DNA of 64,000 bases, taken from the NCBI GenBank assembly GCA_964247055.1, contig OZ176052.1, positions 6,572,001 through 6,636,000 on the forward strand. The letters are read 5' to 3'. Positions 1 to 12,175 of the stretch are shown here, piece by piece. Position numbers and translations under genes: made by a program. Position 1 is the stretch's first letter, and every line of letters starts with the position of its first letter. The notes beneath the pieces were generated by a model. The model worked only from the letters and a program-made list of their open reading frames with translations, made no database searches and was not told the origin of the DNA. The DNA is from Paragordius varius (taxonomy: Eukaryota; Animalia; Nematomorpha).

Positions 1-36
1 ATTTTTCATTCATACTCAAATTTTATATTATAATAG

Positions 37-1289
37 TCCTGAAGAAGCCGAATCATTGATAATTAATAAATTGGCGTTAAAGTATAGCGGGAAAGATCTT
101 GAAGCATTGCAGGCCATAGCTTTGGCTAGTAAAAATAGATCTTTGGCTGACTTTGAAAAAGTAAGGGATTTAAATTTTTAATCATTTAATTTCCATTTAT
201 TTATTATTTAAAACGAGTGATCAATTTATCTATAATTTCAAAAATTTTAAACCAATATAATTTGGTGTTTAATATACAGGCACGTAACACATATTCCAAC
301 GAATTAATGGGCGACACCGTCATCAAAATGTTGTGTGACAATCTTTATGACAAATTACTTGAACAAAATTTGCTTCGTATCGTTGAGCCTTACAGTCGAG
401 TTCAAATAAAGCATGTTGCAAAGACTATTGAATTGCCTTTTGTATGATATATAATATACGTATTTATCACTATTATTAGGCCAGCATTCTTATTTTTACT
501 TGCAAATATTAATGTAACACCCAATAAGTCTGATAAAAAATTATAATTTCTAATTTTTTAATTTGATACAAGAGAAGATTCATATTATTATATATGTAAT
601 TTTTAAAATTGGTATTTATTGCTTAAATTTGAATTTATAAAATTCTTTTATATCAAAATATTTGCGCAGAATAAAAAATTAAATACCTATTTTATGTTTT
701 GCATGATAATATAAAGGATTTGGTGGAAAAGAAACTCTCCCAAATGATACTTGATCAAAAATTAAAAGGTATACCAATTTTTTGTCAATTTAAATTATAT
801 TTTAATTGGAATCATTGACTGAATTTATAATTTTCAGATGGTTGGGTTAGAAAAAACCTATTATAAACAGTTTTAAAATTTAATTATTTTTTGGTAATTT
901 TCTTAGATATTGGTAATTACTGTAACAAGAGCTATTATTGGCTACCTAGGCAAATTTTTCACTTAGATGTTGAGTTACATTTCGATATCATTAATGCGTT
1001 TTGTCTGCCTTTTTTATTCGATATAAATTATTTTTAAAATAATCTTTATGTGAATTTTAATATTGATAATACTTTTATTTTTACACTTAAATTTGGGATT
1101 AACAGTCCGTTAGAAATATAAAATGAAATATTTTTTATCGCAGGGATTATTGATCAAGGCGAGGGTGGCATCCTTATCGTATTTGATGAAAGTGCCCCTG
1201 ACCGTACTTTTGAAAGTGTACTCAACATTATCGATAATATGAGCAAAGTTGTTGATACATTATACACTAAATCCAAAACAATAAATTGA
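37..1289 (+). CDS. PSMD11: 26S proteasome non-ATPase regulatory subunit 11 (Rpn6), 3' part; exons 37-160, 280-441, 717-768, 1144-1289 (5' exons lie upstream of the window)
   Basis: The spliced translation [41 protein letters not shown]|[54 protein letters not shown]|[17 protein letters not shown]|[48 protein letters not shown] matches the recalled PCI-domain C-terminus of PSMD11 ([40 protein letters not shown]). All introns are GT-AG and in phase. AATAAA at 1335-1340. Confidence 0.95.
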
Positions 1290-2938
1290 TTGATACTTTT
1301 TTATAATATACCCACCAATTTTTGTAAATCTTTTAATAAATATCGAATATCTATATTTATGTTTAATCATTAAAACAGCATTTTTAATATTTGCTGGTAT
1401 TGTGATTTTATGGCAGCGTGATATCTCTCCAAAATGGTATTTAGTGATAAACAATCATCGATTGAATTTGTATTAGTAAATTTGACAATTTTTTAATGGG
1501 TAATTAATTTATATTACTATATAAGTTAACATAATGTATAACTTTTAAGCAATTATATTATATTACGCTTTATTTTGTTTGACTCTCCCATTATGGTTAT
1601 TTATAAAATTATTTTAATTATCATTATAGTTTTGAGTAGCTAGCTCAGTGACATACATGTAAACGTCCAAAATTTGGTGAAGTGCCAACATTTCTTTATT
1701 TTTATTAACCAAAAATTATTTTTCCGTAATACATGTTTTTGTCTTCATAAATAAATATTACTACATTAACACTATAAACAGGACTTGAGAGAGACATATA
1801 TAAAAGTGTGCATAACTAACAATTATGATCGATCAAAGAAGCTTTTTTGTAAAAATAAAATATCAATCATCTGGTAACAATCTAAATTATTTTTATGTTA
1901 AGTTTATATAGCTTAAAATACTTACGGCTATATGAATGAAATTTTATTTAAAAACACTGTTAACATTTGTAAATGTTTATAAGTTGTTTTATAACATGTA
2001 GTTTTAATTAGGTTGTTTTAATTGTGGTGGTCAAGTTAACCAAAAAATGTGTTTTTTGATGTGTACAAGAATAGTAAACGATTGTAATTATTAAAAATAA
2101 AATATTAGATTGTAAAAATGCGATCACATATTTTAGCCAATATCTAATAGTAAATATAAATTTGTTATATTTTGTTATTACAGAGCTAAATTGATGATTA
2201 TCGATTTTTAAATTAAGTATAGAGTCTTACAAAACATATTTTAATAACAAGGTAGTAATTGTTAATGCTTTTGGCGTAGGCAGGTGTTTAAATGATACTT
2301 AATTTAAATTTTAAAAATATTTTGTTTCAAGTTGTATTATGATTTTAAAAGCATTGTTTTCAAATTCATCCTGGCTGTGGAATATAAAGGGATACAATAT
2401 TTGGTTACATTAGCTGTCACCTCTGTCAATTTGGTTTAAAATTTGGATACACAGTTTCAACAGTAACCGTGCTTACTATATAGGATGGATGTGGCGTGTA
2501 TAATATACCGTTTTTCAGTCAAATAAACATTTTTTCAAACAACCAAATTTTTTCAAGCGAACGCAACATTTTTTCACAAATAGGAGCAATCTGTCCCAGT
2601 TTTATGAAGATGCTTCATTTCGATTAATTTTCTTGATTATCTATTCAATTTTTTATAAAATCAATATAGAAATAAAAAAAATGATAAACTCTTGAAAACA
2701 ATTTTAGAATGAGCAATAGCCTTTTTGGCGCATAAGTCATTTAATAATGTTAAATTAAAAAATCATCATCTCAGTACGTCGCCATTTTATTTCCACTATT
2801 TTATAAACATCTGTAGCATATGTAAATAATTAACTTTTCGGTAACATTTTATAAGTTAATGATATTTTGATTTCATTAGCTGTTTAGTTCAATCGGGTTT
2901 TGAGCATATCCTAATTTTAGACTTTAGATATAAGTTTA

Positions 2939-3382
2939 TTAACATATCGATTCAAATTGGGGTAACTAGTGACCCCAGATATTCAAATTGAAATATTAAA
3001 AAACTGCTGAAAGAGACGGTTGAATATGTCTCTATCCTAATAACATTTATAATAGCCAAATTATTAAAGAAAAAAATATCCCATATCAAACATTCGGCGC
3101 CATTTATATTTTGCAACATTTTCCGTGCTTTTCAGATTCTTAAAATTTTAGTTAGTTTCATATAATCACATCTAAAATTAATAAAAATGTAAAGAATGGT
3201 TTTTTTTGCATTATTTTAAGCCAATGCACACATGTCATGTTTGGCCAAATTTTATCTCCAGGTTTTGCAATGGTTTCGAATTATTCCATATTTTTTGAGT
3301 TTTTAATTTCCAATAGGGGGTCACCAACAACCCCAGTTTGAATCGATTGACTGTAGATGAATGTTTTGAATCCAAGTGTTAA
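2939..3382. mobile_element. piggyBac-like MITE (family P1, diverged copy)
   Basis: TTAA at both ends (2939-2942, 3379-3382). Subterminal inverted repeats TCGATTCAAATTGGGGT...ACCCC and GGGGT...ACCCCAGTTTGAATCGA. Homologous to 24795-25353 and 36405-36979. Confidence 0.7.
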
Positions 3383-3849
3383 AGGAGTACGATGTTTGGT
3401 TTTTTAATTATAACTCTTTGAACAATAGTTCAAATACAAGTTTTAGCTCTGGGCTACAAAACTACCCCATAATGTAATCTTTTACTTAAAATGAAAAAGT
3501 CATGCAGTTTTAATATGTATTTATAAAAATGTCTAATTTGGATGAGAAAATTTGGGGTAATCCCATAAACCCATTCAAATTTTAAAGTATGAATGTAAAT
3601 CACGTTTCCAAACAAAACAGTTTGGCCCATTCAATTTCGATTTTTTCCCCGAGGTTGAGCCCTTTAATATTTGTTTATTCCACCCTCCTGAAAAAATGGT
3701 GGTTTTTGAACAATCATTTGTTTTATAGCGATTCTCCAAAATAATGCAGACCTTTTGATTTGTAATTATTTTGATTTTTTGACTCAATGGTTGAGGGGGA
3801 TAGAGACTATTTTATTGTTCTAAGTTTAGCAACCTCGTTTGATATAGCT

Positions 3850-4012
3850 TACGAGTGATACTGAGAAATAAATTTTAAAGGGCCAAAAGAATTTTTCTTG
3901 CCTCGAGGATTATACCATAAAATTTAAATGCTGTTTGCCACATTTTATTTATTAAAGATATATACTTCAGGGCCATAAATAAGCACTTTTAGGGCCGCAG
4001 TTTGATTACTAT
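3850..4012. mobile_element. degenerate hAT-type MITE (same family as 31995-32168)
   Basis: Shares AAAGGGCC...TTCAGGGCCATAA...TTTTAGGGCCGCAGTTTGA with 31995-32168 and 18830-19012. The termini are eroded. Confidence 0.55.
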
Positions 4013-4899
4013 ACCAATGGATAGAGTTAAAGGAAAGTCACACACATGTCAAAACCAGCAGTTTTTTTATAAAAAAATCTTTTAAGTTTCCACCAAATAA
4101 CATTGACCAAAATATCAAAGAAATTTTTTCCAGACTAAAATGACAAAAAGAAAGAAATAATTGTGTAGATAAGTTGTAATAAAAATTGCTAGGTCAATCG
4201 TTTTTTATTTAACAATCAAAGTAAAAAGCATCATTGATACTTAAAACACCAATTCATAAAGTCTCACTTTTTTCTCAAAGCTATAATTTGCAGAAATGTT
4301 ATTTAAATTTTTTTATTTGTATGCAAGCATATTTTAAACAAAAACCATATTTTAGTTTTTGGATATTATCAATTTAATTTGGTCAGGATATTCAGTTTTA
4401 AATTATTAAGTGGTTTGACTAATATAGCATCCTTATAATTTAAACAAAGATTACCGTAATGCCAAAAATAGAAGTATAAATATTCTGTTAATGGCATTGA
4501 AGTTTTGATTGATAAATATAATATTGAGATAATTTTAACAAACCTAACCTACTTTATACCTTACTAATTGTTTACCATATTTTTTGTTGAGCCAAATTTT
4601 TGCGACATCGTATTACCTAATGAAAACAGATTTTGTTACCAATTTTTGTAGTTAACCAGTAAAAGGTGTAGCGAATAGAGATCCCTGGCAGAGATGGCAT
4701 TCTCTGCCCACCTGTAAGGGTGCTTCAGAGCGGGGAGATACATCGGAGTTTGGGTCCAATGTTAGTATCTAAAAACATAAATAAATGTCTTTGTCATAGA
4801 TGTTTTTAACACTCTTTTGGGTTAATTTTATATCCCAGAGTGATTTCGAATTCGAATGTCTTAAAAGGTATTTATTGGGGTGAGTTAAAAAAATTTGCT

Positions 4900-5210
4900 T
4901 ACTTTAGCCTTATGCGTAGAATACAAAAAAATGTGGCCAAAGTTGGATAGTTTGGTGCGGATGGACATTCCGAGCAATGACATGTCGGGATTGATTTTGC
5001 TCAAAATTGCATTGTTAGTAATTTTATCCGTCCAATTTATTTGTAAAAGTTTTCTCCACATCCACATTTCAAAGGAGTTAATTATCCGTGTGTCGGATTT
5101 TTTAAAGTCCAGCCTTCACACCCGTAGAGGAAAGTTGGAAAAACGATGGCATTTGCAAGTCGATTCGTTTTATTCGAAAAATGTAAAAAAATCCTTATCT
5201 CAAACTTTTT
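4900..5210 (-). pseudogene. RTE/BovB-like non-LTR retrotransposon fragment (C-terminal part of the RT ORF)
   Basis: The minus strand reads RLANAIVFPTFLYGCEGWTLK/KSDTRIINSFEMWMWRKLLQINWTDKITNNAILSKINPDMSLLGMSIRTKLSNFGHI, with a 1-nt frameshift in the A-run near 5100. This matches the recalled RTE motif VFP..YGCE.WT....RI.AFE.WCWRR.L...WT....N..IL......YFGH. Confidence 0.85.
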
Positions 5211-5403
5211 AGCAGCCATTTTTTTCTTTAAATTTTTTTAGTCGCTGATCCAATGGACAAAAAATATATAATATGTTTAAGAAATGTGATTAATTTATCT
5301 TAAGTTAACTTTCTGGCTGCGTGTTACCAGCAAAAACTTGACATTTATGATTTCAAGATCAACTGTTTAGTTCAATCGTGTTTTCGCATTTTAGACTCTA
5401 GCA

Positions 5404-5678
5404 CAGGGCTGTCCAGCACGCGCTTCAAAATTTTTTGCAGCCCGCGAGAAATTTAAAATTTAAAAATCTAAGTAATATTGATGCTCAACATATTTTCTGA
5501 ATAACTTTTTTCTAAATTCCTGCAATCGAGCAAAATCTGAAAAAAAATTAAGCTTTTATAGTCCAAGCTTCAAGATCTAATAAAATATTTGTTAAAGCCC
5601 ATATATGTTGCGAATGCGGCCCGTAGGATTTTTTATCAAAAATGCGGCCCGCACGTTAATTTGTTTTAAACATCCCAG
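5404..5678. mobile_element. Buster/Charlie-type hAT MITE nested in an older repeat
   Basis: Termini CAGGGCTGTCCA...CATCCCAG. 8-bp flanks CTCTAGCA / CTCTAGAA (nnnTAnnn). Internal GCGGCCCG motifs. Confidence 0.75.
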
Positions 5679-8600
5679 CTCTAGAAGCTACAAAACTTTA
5701 AAAAATATAAGCCTTTTTATCTTACAAGAGAACAATGTTTGATAATTAAATTTCTACAAAAACAACTTATCATAAGATGTTATTCTTTCTTCTAACCTTA
5801 TTGTTTTCTACGCAAATTTCAACTAAAACTCTCATGTCCGAAAATGCTACAGTCTTTTATTATTTGTAACCGCTCTACTTATAATATTTACTCAATCACA
5901 TTTTTACCATATGAGATTTTCGATGTCACACGTCCTTAACTTTTTTAAAAAATTTACTTTTGTTTATCTATTCTTTAACAAAAAATTTTCCAACTTTTAA
6001 CAATATTGTTACAATACTGCCAAATCAAAGTATATAAGATTGTAATAGTATCAAAAAACTTATATATTATTGGGTTTATTATCCATATTGATCCAATTTT
6101 GTAACAATTTATGAGTATTTATTCAAACTTTTAAATTTGATAATTAATAAGCCATCTCTTTTTTTAATATTATTATAATAGCACATTTTCAAAATAGTCG
6201 GGTGCTCTAATAACGGGTTATTCGTAGAAATATTTTTATTTAAAAAAAGAACATGTATAATATCAATCGTACTTGTATATGAAATCAACCAGGAAAAAAT
6301 GTAAATAAATAGTCAAATACTTTAGTTTTTTTTTTAAAAATAATTAAACGTCTTCTTATGTATAAAGTTAATTACACTATGGCCAGAATGAAGTGATGAT
6401 TAATTTTAAACATAAATTCATCCTTAAAATGGGTTAATTTTGTAAAAACCTTCATATTATATGGTTAATAATTTTAATATAAAAATAAATTTTAAATATT
6501 AGGCGGGCTTCTTAAATCTAACTTGGACCTATTATAAATACCTCGCCGAAAAACTCTCAAGATGAATTGTTAATGTTGAACATAAGGTAATTAACAGTAT
6601 TGACACAGACCGATATTTTTTTTTATAATATAGATTGAATAATTTTTTTAATTATAAATAACACTGTTTGTGCTCAATTTAACATCTTCCCAAGATTTAT
6701 GTAATCTTTATTGTATATTGTGTAATACTAGCCTCAAAAATATATATAACTATCTTGCTTCTTTGAGGTTCTTTAACACTTAAATCAATCTTTTGGATAG
6801 TACAATATTATTGTTTTTTAATAATAATAACCGATCTCATCATATTTACAGCAATTCAATTATATTGAAGGTTAATATAAAATTCAATTTAAAGCTATTT
6901 GATAGTGTTAGTAACATCTCAAATCGTTTTTTGGATTGATATTATAAATAGAACTTAATCGCATAGATTTGAATCATATTATAATATATATATTGGTTGG
7001 ACAAACTCTAGTTTTTTTAAGTAAATTTTAATTACAGTTGGAATTCAAATTATAAATACAAAACATAAAAACTTAAGACACTTTTCAAAGTCTATAACCA
7101 TAGTTTTTATCACTAATCTTTTTTAATTTTCTTTTGCTTGTCAAAATAAACAAATAAGATGTAAATTGTCATTTAGATTTAGAAAAAATAAGGATAAAAA
7201 AGTATGGTTAACTGATTTGCTTTTAGAAAAATTGTATATTTTTTGTTAATTTTTATATATTTTTTGATTAAATTTGCTCACTTCCCGATTATGAAACCGC
7301 TATAGGCCTCCCACAGAATTTATTGTTCCACATTTTAATTACTCCGCACCTTAATATTAGAATGATGTTCATTAAAGAAAAATAAATACTATTTAGATTT
7401 CTTTTGTTTAACACTATTTTACCTTAATAAACATTTTTAAACTAATTTTGAACCAGAAAAGCTTTAAAAGCTTACCAAAATTACTTGGCAATGTTAAAAT
7501 TTATAAATCTATGAATTGATATTATTATATTCATTGAAAATTGCGTCTAGGTAAAATTTATTATAAATCAGTTTATTTACACTTTGTAAAGCCCATTTTT
7601 CATTTAATTTTCTGATGTAAAAACACTCTCAAAATAACAACCCGTAAAATGTTAACTAAAACTCTATGGATAAAACGTTTTAATTTTTGCTTGCTTCAAT
7701 ATTGAACTTAAAAAATGAATATGCCTACCAAATATGTCAAATATTCTAATAATAACAGCATATGAATCAAAGTCAAGGACGAAAATATAGATATTTTTAA
7801 TTGTGTTCTTTAGACAACGGTTTTAAAAAATTGAAATTTGTTATTGCGAAAAATAAGTAATCGGCTTAGGGACAACCAATCTTATTTTGTAAAATAATTA
7901 TTTGATCATATATGTACATAACTTTATAATAGCGCATTTTCATTAACTATAAATTTTGAAACCATAGGTGATCTATCATTTATTAATCGATAGTTTAAGG
8001 TGTCAACAAACGAAATGCGTTAATAACATGAAGCAATTTTGAGTAAAAATTCAAATAAATTATATGTTTTTTTAGTACATCGACCCCTATTATTTTTTGA
8101 ATTAAAAATAATGTATATAAAGTTCAAACTTTTTAAAACATAAATTATCGCCATATATTCAAAAATAATTGCCTATATTAATGAAGAGTGTGTGGGTGCA
8201 TTTTACATGATTATTAATATATTTATTTTTGAGTACGTAATCTAAATGTAGCCTAAACAAGGATTATAACTAAAAGTAAATATTGATGCATTAAAGAGAA
8301 TTTTTATTGGTTTAACAGGTCTTTTAATTATAAAAGTCAATAAAAATTCTATGCAATAATATCGAAAACATATAATAATATGTATCTTTACTGTTTATAA
8401 ATTAATGTATTCTCTAGAGAAATCACTAAATACGAGTATTTTGTTCCATTTGGGTTCTGTTACTTAATGCAAGAGGGATTAATTTATAAATACAATTGGT
8501 CTTTCTTCATTATTTGGCAACTTAAGAAATAATAGATTAAAACTAATTGGCTCCCCCAGCAAACCTTTAATACTAAATTACAACAAATGTATAAATTTAA

Positions 8601-9757
8601 AAACACTGCCCATACATTTATAATTACATGCTTCGTTGGCTTCGTTCGTTGATTTATTAATTTAGTAAATTACTATGTAGATGAATTTGGAAATTAAATT
8701 TTTTCAATAATAAAGAAGTACAATGAATATGGCCTAATTTTTTAATATTTTATCTAATATAAGCAATATGCTGGAGTGTAATGCTATAATTGTCAATGAA
8801 ATATTACATGGATATAATAAGTAGCGAAATTTTTTTTATATCCCAGTTTTAAACAAGACCTAATACTCATATGTATCTTGGTACGTTATCATTTCCTAAG
8901 AGAATCCGTAAAATTAGTCTAGGCAATTTTAAGAAGCAAGGAAAAAGGATGGGAATAGAATAGACATCAAAAAGGTATAAAAATACTCAATAATTTCCTA
9001 AATAGTAAAATTTGTAAAGATTTTTCGGTTTTTGCTAAATCTTAATAGGTTGAAATCATATCCACAACTTCGGTAAAATTTATAATTTTAAAATATTTGT
9101 AAAAGGTTTGGATATACCCGACTTTCGATGAAAACTAATTTAAATATTTCCTAGTTTAAGTCCAGTTATGGTAATTTCAGTCTGAATGCACCCAACATAT
9201 TTGACAAATATTTCAAAATATCATTTTAAAACCCGTTTATTTAAAAATCTAACATATATACATCACAAATTTTATCATGGTGTTAGGGTTGGGGATTAAA
9301 AAGTCATCAATAAAAGAAAGACAAAAGACTCTTTTGTATAATATTGGAGATACATTAGATATTTGAATTTTAATTTAAAGAGGATTATGAGGAATACTTG
9401 TTTTTGTGGTTTTTAGACACACTCATGTGGAAAGAGTGCATCTTGGTGCTTAGATTAAGCCTATACATTATACCTAAAATAGATCAACCTCGAACTAAAA
9501 TTCAAAGCTTCGTGGAGTAAGGGCCAATGCTGATAGCGTGGTCCCTAATAATAACTTTTATATATCTAACACTTTTGGATAATAAGTTTCTTATGTTATT
9601 TTATCTGACTCCTCAGTTTTTTTCGGATAAAGACTGTCCGAAAGTATTAATATTTTGAAAACTATTTAATCTAAATTTGACACACTTTGTTGCATATAGT
9701 TAATACATAAATTTTAAAGAGTGCGCCTTAATATGTACTAGTGGTGACTTAATTATT

Positions 9758-10016
9758 CCCCGCCCGTTAAGTGACATGCACGCTAATAACTCTATTTCTT
9801 TAAAAGTTGGTTAGCCCTCAAATATTCTTGACAATAAATTTAAACTTTAGGAGTAAAAATATTTAACAATATCATCTAAATTTATACATACGTCAGTATG
9901 AAGGACGTCCACAATAATCTTTGACGTATGCTCATGAATATGCGCATATTTGAATATATAATATTGTTTAAAAATAATTTTATATTTCATCGACAAATTT
10001 AATATGTAATACGTCA
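9758..10016. promoter_or_regulatory. candidate promoter/enhancer upstream of the GPCR (GC box, three CRE-like sites, 14-bp palindrome)
   Basis: CCCCGCCC at 9758-9765. TACGTCA at 9889-9895 and 10010-10016, TGACGTA at 9922-9928. AATATGCGCATATT at 9937-9950. The background is very AT-rich. Confidence 0.35.
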
Positions 10017-12011
10017 GTTGTCACATTTTTATTCATAAAAACCCCTAAATCACGTATCATCCTTTTTCCATAAATATACATAATTTACCTGATTATCAAT
10101 ATGACCTTTTATAAAAATGCATATATATGTTAAAATTAAAATATTTTAAATAAAGTTGCTAAATAAACGACTAATTTGTATCTTTGGCGAAATTCTTAAT
10201 ACTAGTCACAAAATCAATTCATATCACCATTGCCACTAACTTTTAGTTACTACGTTATGTATCAGCATGGAAAATTATTTTTATTCATTTTGATATATAT
10301 TTATTACTCAAATTATATAATTGGCATATAATTTATAGGGTCATAAAAGGGCTAACATAATAGAAATCATTGTCTGAAAGTATAAAATTAAAAAAATATT
10401 TAAGCTGTATTAAATAGGGTATAGTATCAAAATTAACAGGTAATGGTCAAATTTGGTAAAGGCTTACCAAAACGGTTCCAATCAAATTCATCTTATCTAG
10501 TGGTTTATAGAAATAAAGAATTTTGCCAAAATAATGCGAAACGAAAACTATTTGACCAAAATAATTTTAGTTCCGCCTGTTCCACTATTTTTATAAAAAA
10601 AATCAATTTGTTAACAATAATTGATGACATGAAATCTAGATTTGATTTTATTTTTTAGAATTTGCATATGGGCCTCCCTTTGTTTAATATATTCTATCTA
10701 TGTTATTTTGATTAATTTCAGCGTTCAAATTATCACATTATAAAGATATAATTTACAGCACCTTAATGACTCAAATCAAATAGTTGAATATAATTTGAAC
10801 AATTTCTTGAAGTGATTTCTGTTTAATACATAAAAAATACTGAAATTTAATGTTCAAAATAGGAAATTAAAAATAAGGTGCGTAACATATGCATAAATGG
10901 AAAAATCTCATGCATGCCAAAAGAAGTGTAAATTAAATACTCTTTCCAAATAAATACATGAACAATAGCTCTTACTGTATATATTACAATCATATCTTTA
11001 AGTAAAATAGCATATTTTATAAATTAAATAAATTCCTAATTAACACCGAAAGAATTTGGGCCATAACAATTTAAAAATTTGCAAAATAATGAGATAAATT
11101 AATCTTAAAATTTATTGCTTACTTTCTCTTGCATAATTTACAAATAACATTATGATGGCACAATCGAATTATTATTTAAAAAACTTTTATCATATTTTGA
11201 TGTCGAGCAACTATCACCTAAGAATTTAAACTTAGGGCATTTCCGCATTTAAACTTACGTTTGGTTATGGAAAAATAACCGAAATTCGTTACTTACATAT
11301 AGAGACACATACCATGAAGAAAAAGAATATATAAAAAAAGTGGTCAGGCCTATCTTATATTATAAAAGAAATTAAACTAAAGTAGCGAGGTCGTTAAAAG
11401 TTTGAAGGGAGATCGAAATGAATAAATCCAATCAAATTCTACTATTGTATACTAATTTTATATAATTGGAAGTTTGCTAAATATTTTAGAGCTTATTTTA
11501 ATAAAGTTTAATTTATCTTAAGAACATAATTTCAGGAAAAAACGCTAAGTTACTCTTTTAAAATATTATTTATTAGTAAATCTTAGATAATATGTAGAAT
11601 ATTAAAAATGATATGAATTTTAATCATCCAATATAAATGAAATAATTAAATGATAAATGTTTAAAAAAACTCCCACGTTTTTTTCCAAATAAAAATGAAA
11701 TGGTCCCTTCCTCTCTATAAAAAAATAAAAACAAGCATTAGCCACTTGTTAATTATTAATATTATATATAATTTTGTACATATAAATCAATATTCATAGA
11801 GGCAAAAGTGGAAATATACATTGTATGTTATTATTATTCTAGTTTTCGAATAATGTTTATAAATAACGATAATTCCTATATAATAATGGATGGAAAAGAT
11901 AAGATTAATTCCAACAAGTGCCTCCTTGTACTTTATTTTGTGTTGATTAAATGACATAAAATGTAACATTTATTTTGTACAATATCCTTAATGTCTTTAT
12001 TATAGGAAAAA

Positions 12012-12155
12012 ATGCGAAGCTTAACTGCAAAATATTCCTCTGGAAAACATAAATTTATACTTCTTATAAGGGTGTCATATAACATTAAATTGCTATCACA
12101 TCCATACATTTTAAACTCTATACGCTATTTTCAAAAAGTTTATGTAATGAAGTGA
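12012..12155 (+). other. 47-codon upstream ORF in the putative GPCR 5' UTR
   Basis: ATG at 12012, just after a candidate acceptor TTTATTATAG|G (12005/12006). Reads MRSLTAKYSSGKHKFILLIRVSYNIKLLSHPYILNSIRYFQKVYVMK* and stops 20 nt before the GPCR ATG. Confidence 0.35.
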
Positions 12156-12175
12156 TCAATCGCAGTTGTTCTTTA

